Below are positions 15,881-18,510 of a stretch of DNA of 18,510 nt, piece after piece; the first letter of the stretch is position 1, and every line of letters starts with the position of its first letter. The translations under genes were made by a program, and so were the position numbers. The notes under the pieces were generated by a model. That model saw only the letters and a program-made list of their open reading frames with translations, did no database searches and had not been told where the DNA came from. This stretch comes from a bacterium (GTDB taxonomy: Bacteria > Zhuqueibacterota > Zhuqueibacteria > Oceanimicrobiales > Oceanimicrobiaceae): contig JBBIIG010000075.1 of the NCBI GenBank assembly GCA_037446635.1, positions 1 through 18,510 on the forward strand. The letters run 5' to 3'.

Positions 15881-15906
15881 GTAACAAAACATTAATGTTG
15901 TGTTAC
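15881..15906. promoter_or_regulatory. 26-bp near-perfect palindrome (operator-like or hairpin)
   Basis: GTAACAAAACATTAATGTTGTGTTAC is self-complementary except for one pair; 9 nt downstream of the pgl stop. Confidence 0.4.
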
Positions 15907-15915
15907 AGTACAATC

Positions 15916-16641
15916 TCACAACAACGACGCCGCCTCCGCATCCAGCAGCCAATCGAGCTGGCCGTTTTGGAGCTGCACCAGCGTTGCGGGCAGCTCCTTC
16001 GCTGGCTGGTTTGATTTCAAAATCCGCGGCACGATAGCAGATTTAGATTTGCCCGAGACAATAAACATCACGTGTCGTGCTTTGTTGATCACCGGCAACG
16101 TCAGCGTGATGCGATGGGTGTTGAGCTTCGGGACGAAAACGGAAATCACACGGCGATGGGTTTCTTCCAGCGCGCTGGCTCCCGGAAACAGCGAAGCGGT
16201 GTGGCCGTCCTCTCCCAGTCCCAACAGGATCAAATCGAACTGCGGGAGTCGGCCTCCAAAAAAATCTTCGAGATGCTTTTCATATTCGTTGGATGCGGCT
16301 GCTGGCGCCAATTCCCCTTTTATCCGAAACACGTTTTCTGCTGGAATGGCAATGCACGAAAGCAGCGAATCGTTCACCATGCGGAAATTGCTATCGGGAT
16401 GCTGCGGCGGAATGCACCGTTCGTCTCCCCAAAACAGAAAAACTTTCGACCAGTCCACTCGGCGGCGATAATCTTCCGTCGCCAGCAGCGCGTACACATC
16501 GCGCGGAGTAGTTCCGCCGGCCAGGGCCAGCGCGCAGCGGCGGCGTTCGTGAATCGCGGCGTTGACGGTTGCAATCAGTTTCTCGGCGGCAGCTTTCACC
16601 AACTCTACTTTGGTTGGAAATATGTTTACCGCGCGATTCAT
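15916..16641 (-). CDS. pgl: 6-phosphogluconolactonase
   Basis: ALAGGTTP, FWGDERC, SNFRM, FDLILLGLGEDGHTASLFPG, RITLTLP motifs; ATGA overlap with pgi. Confidence 0.97.
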   Translation of the reverse strand: MNRAVNIFPTKVELVKAAAEKLIATVNAAIHERRRCALALAGGTTPRDVYALLATEDYRRRVDWSKVFLFWGDERCIPPQHPDSNFRMVNDSLLSCIAIPAENVFRIKGELAPAAASNEYEKHLEDFFGGRLPQFDLILLGLGEDGHTASLFPGASALEETHRRVISVFVPKLNTHRITLTLPVINKARHVMFIVSGKSKSAIVPRILKSNQPAKELPATLVQLQNGQLDWLLDAEAASLL

Positions 16642-18320
16642 CCCAAAGCTTCCAGAATTTGCTTCAGTCCATTCGCGACGTCTTTTTCCAAATGAAAGCG
16701 AATGACTTTGCGACCGGCATCCAGCAGCGCCTGGCGGTCGCCGAGCGCCTGCGCCAATTTGAGTACGCCGAAGGTCATTGCAGATGCGGGTTCGCCGGCG
16801 TGATCCGGAATCGCGGCGTCTTCCACCGCGTCCGAAGTGATTTGAATGAACAAGCCGTGGCCGGCGTCGCCTTTGTGAAGCTGACCGGTGGAATGCAGAA
16901 AGCGCGGGCCGTAGCCGACAGTTGTGGCCAACTTGCGCACATCACGAATGCGAAGACGGATGGAATTCAAAAGAGAATCCGTTTCTGAAGTTGGCGGCAC
17001 ATAAGCTTGCAGCGCCACGTAGCTGCGTCCCGCGCTGGCGTGATCGAGAAATTGACGAAGGGCTGTCTGTAAATTGCTGACCGTAAGATTTGTAAACACG
17101 GCGATGCCATTGGCTTCAAAAGCCGGCTGCGATTCCGGCAACTTGCCTTCTTTCTGATACGTCGCAACCATATTCCGCGCCAGCACCTTCGCCGACTCGA
17201 CATTGGGCTGATCAAAAGGGTTGATGTTCAAACTCCGGCCAGCAACAATCGTCGCCATTTCCCATCGGAAAAATTCGCCGCCGAGATCGTAGGTATCATT
17301 CAATTCAATCTGCACCACTGGCTGCCCGGCGTTTTTCAGCGCTGCCATTTTTTTGTCGTGCGTCGAATCGCCCTTCAATTTCAAATAAACCCACAGTCGA
17401 TCATCGGCATACACTTCGGGCGAGCCCAACTCTTCACCATCCACTGGCAGAATGCCTTTGCCCTCTTTGCCGGTGCTTTCGGCGATCAACTGTTCGACCC
17501 ACGCGCCAAAATGCGCAACTGGTGGAGAAGCAGTCAGCGTGAGCTTGTCGCGGCCCGCGGCGGCGCATTCGCCCATGATCGCGCCCAATCGCGCGCCGGA
17601 GTTTTCTTCGCCGTCCGCCGAACAGTCCGACGCCATTTTTTTGGCGCGATGCAGCAGCTTTTCCAAATCCATCCCAATCAACGCGGCGGGTACGAGTCCA
17701 AAGTAGGAGAGCGCCGAGTAGCGCCCGCCGATGTCCGGATCATTGAGAAAGGTTTTACGGAAGCGATATTCTTTCGCCGTGGTTTCTAGTCCGCTGCCCG
17801 GATCGGTGACGGCGACGAAATGGCGTCCGGCTTTTTCGCGTCCGACTTTCTCCATCGCACGATTGTAAAAATATTTGAAGAACGAAAACGTCTCCACGGT
17901 GCCGCCGGATTTTGTTGAGACGATGAACAGCGTTTTGGAAAGATCGAGCCGGCGTTCGTGAGCGAGCACGGCCAAAACCGCCAGATCGAGATAGCCCTTC
18001 TTCACGCCAAACGTGAAGCGAAAGACTTCCGGCGCGAGACTCGATCCCCCCATTCCTAAAAGCAGGGCGTGTTTGAAGCCGTCCTTGCGTACTTCGTCAA
18101 CAAAGGCCGTTATTTCCGGAATGGCACCGAGCATCACCTCCGGACTGTGCAGCCAGCCGAGGCGGTTAGTAATTTCGATGGGATCGGGTTTCCACACGGT
18201 GTGATCGCGCGCCCAGATGCGGGAGATAATTTTTTGGTCGCGCAACTCCTTAAGCGCCGCCGCCACTTGCGATTGATACCCCGGTAAACTGGCGGCGAAA
18301 TCCGTTTGCGGTTCAGGCAT
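16638..18320 (-). CDS. pgi: Glucose-6-phosphate isomerase (type resembling the Pgi half of Tal-Pgi fusions)
   Basis: NRLGWL, LLGMGGSSLAPE, STKSGGTVET, VTDPGS, IGGRYSALS, EQLIAESTGKEGKG, INPFDQPNVESAK, GPRFLHSTGQLHKG. Start at ATG 18320 (GGAGA RBS), 560 aa. DSTDP segment appears missing (see findings). Confidence 0.9.
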   Translation of the reverse strand: MPEPQTDFAASLPGYQSQVAAALKELRDQKIISRIWARDHTVWKPDPIEITNRLGWLHSPEVMLGAIPEITAFVDEVRKDGFKHALLLGMGGSSLAPEVFRFTFGVKKGYLDLAVLAVLAHERRLDLSKTLFIVSTKSGGTVETFSFFKYFYNRAMEKVGREKAGRHFVAVTDPGSGLETTAKEYRFRKTFLNDPDIGGRYSALSYFGLVPAALIGMDLEKLLHRAKKMASDCSADGEENSGARLGAIMGECAAAGRDKLTLTASPPVAHFGAWVEQLIAESTGKEGKGILPVDGEELGSPEVYADDRLWVYLKLKGDSTHDKKMAALKNAGQPVVQIELNDTYDLGGEFFRWEMATIVAGRSLNINPFDQPNVESAKVLARNMVATYQKEGKLPESQPAFEANGIAVFTNLTVSNLQTALRQFLDHASAGRSYVALQAYVPPTSETDSLLNSIRLRIRDVRKLATTVGYGPRFLHSTGQLHKGDAGHGLFIQITSDAVEDAAIPDHAGEPASAMTFGVLKLAQALGDRQALLDAGRKVIRFHLEKDVANGLKQILEALG

Positions 18321-18336
18321 GATCTTTCTCCTTTTA

Positions 18337-18509
18337 GAACGCGGATGACGCGGATTCAACTGATTTAGGCTGATTCACTCAGGATAAGTCCTTTTATTGA
18401 GATATCCGGATGTTTGCAAATCGGAACTCGATCGGCTTTACGGAAAAGTTTCCTCCTGAATGACAGGACAGATTTTATTAAATCCGTCTTATCCGTGTTA
18501 TCCGCGTTC
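18337..18509. repeat. About 173-bp element bounded by inverted arrays of 9-nt units
   Basis: Left GAACGCGGATGACGCGGAT (18337-18355) versus right ATCCGTGTTATCCGCGTTC (18491-18509): 17/19 complementary. Right arm has tandem ATCCGTCTT/ATCCGTGTT/ATCCGCGTT. Confidence 0.75.
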
Positions 18510-18510
18510 C

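Noticed and set aside
15642..15952. 60-aa and 67-aa ORFs in the pgl-TA spacer
   Set aside because: No RBS or motifs; region better explained by palindromic non-coding elements.
18337..18510. CRISPR array or tRNA at the short repeats
   Set aside because: Units are 9-10 nt, contiguous and inverted, with no spacers, cas genes or cloverleaf.

Overview
Bacterial chromosomal window from a probable diderm (lipobox lipoprotein, probable outer-membrane beta-barrel). An FCB-group/KSB1-like origin is only a guess from protein and repeat style. Left to right: trmB (-), an SDR oxidoreductase (+), typA/bipA (-), a cold-shock protein (-), and a four-gene minus-strand cluster (secreted 386-aa Ig/FN3-like protein, secreted FecR-domain protein, 865-aa Ig-Ig-beta-barrel protein, CHASE2 class III adenylate cyclase) that looks like a trans-envelope signalling system with cAMP output. 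Then a site-2 (M50) protease (-), a divergent beta-strand-rich lipoprotein (+), and a sugar-phosphate cluster pgi-pgl-zwf (-) interrupted by a lower-GC TumA/TumE-like (DUF6516) toxin-antitoxin pair. The intergenic spacers carry several unrelated palindromic, REP/MITE-like elements. Other notable points: a sharp GC step inside the 386-aa gene, an apparent in-frame loss of the DSTDP motif in Pgi, a terminator-like hairpin just before the cyclase start, and a candidate sigma54 promoter with upstream activator site. No rRNA, tRNA, CRISPR array, transposase or integrase was recognised. All family calls come from motif recognition by eye, not database searches.
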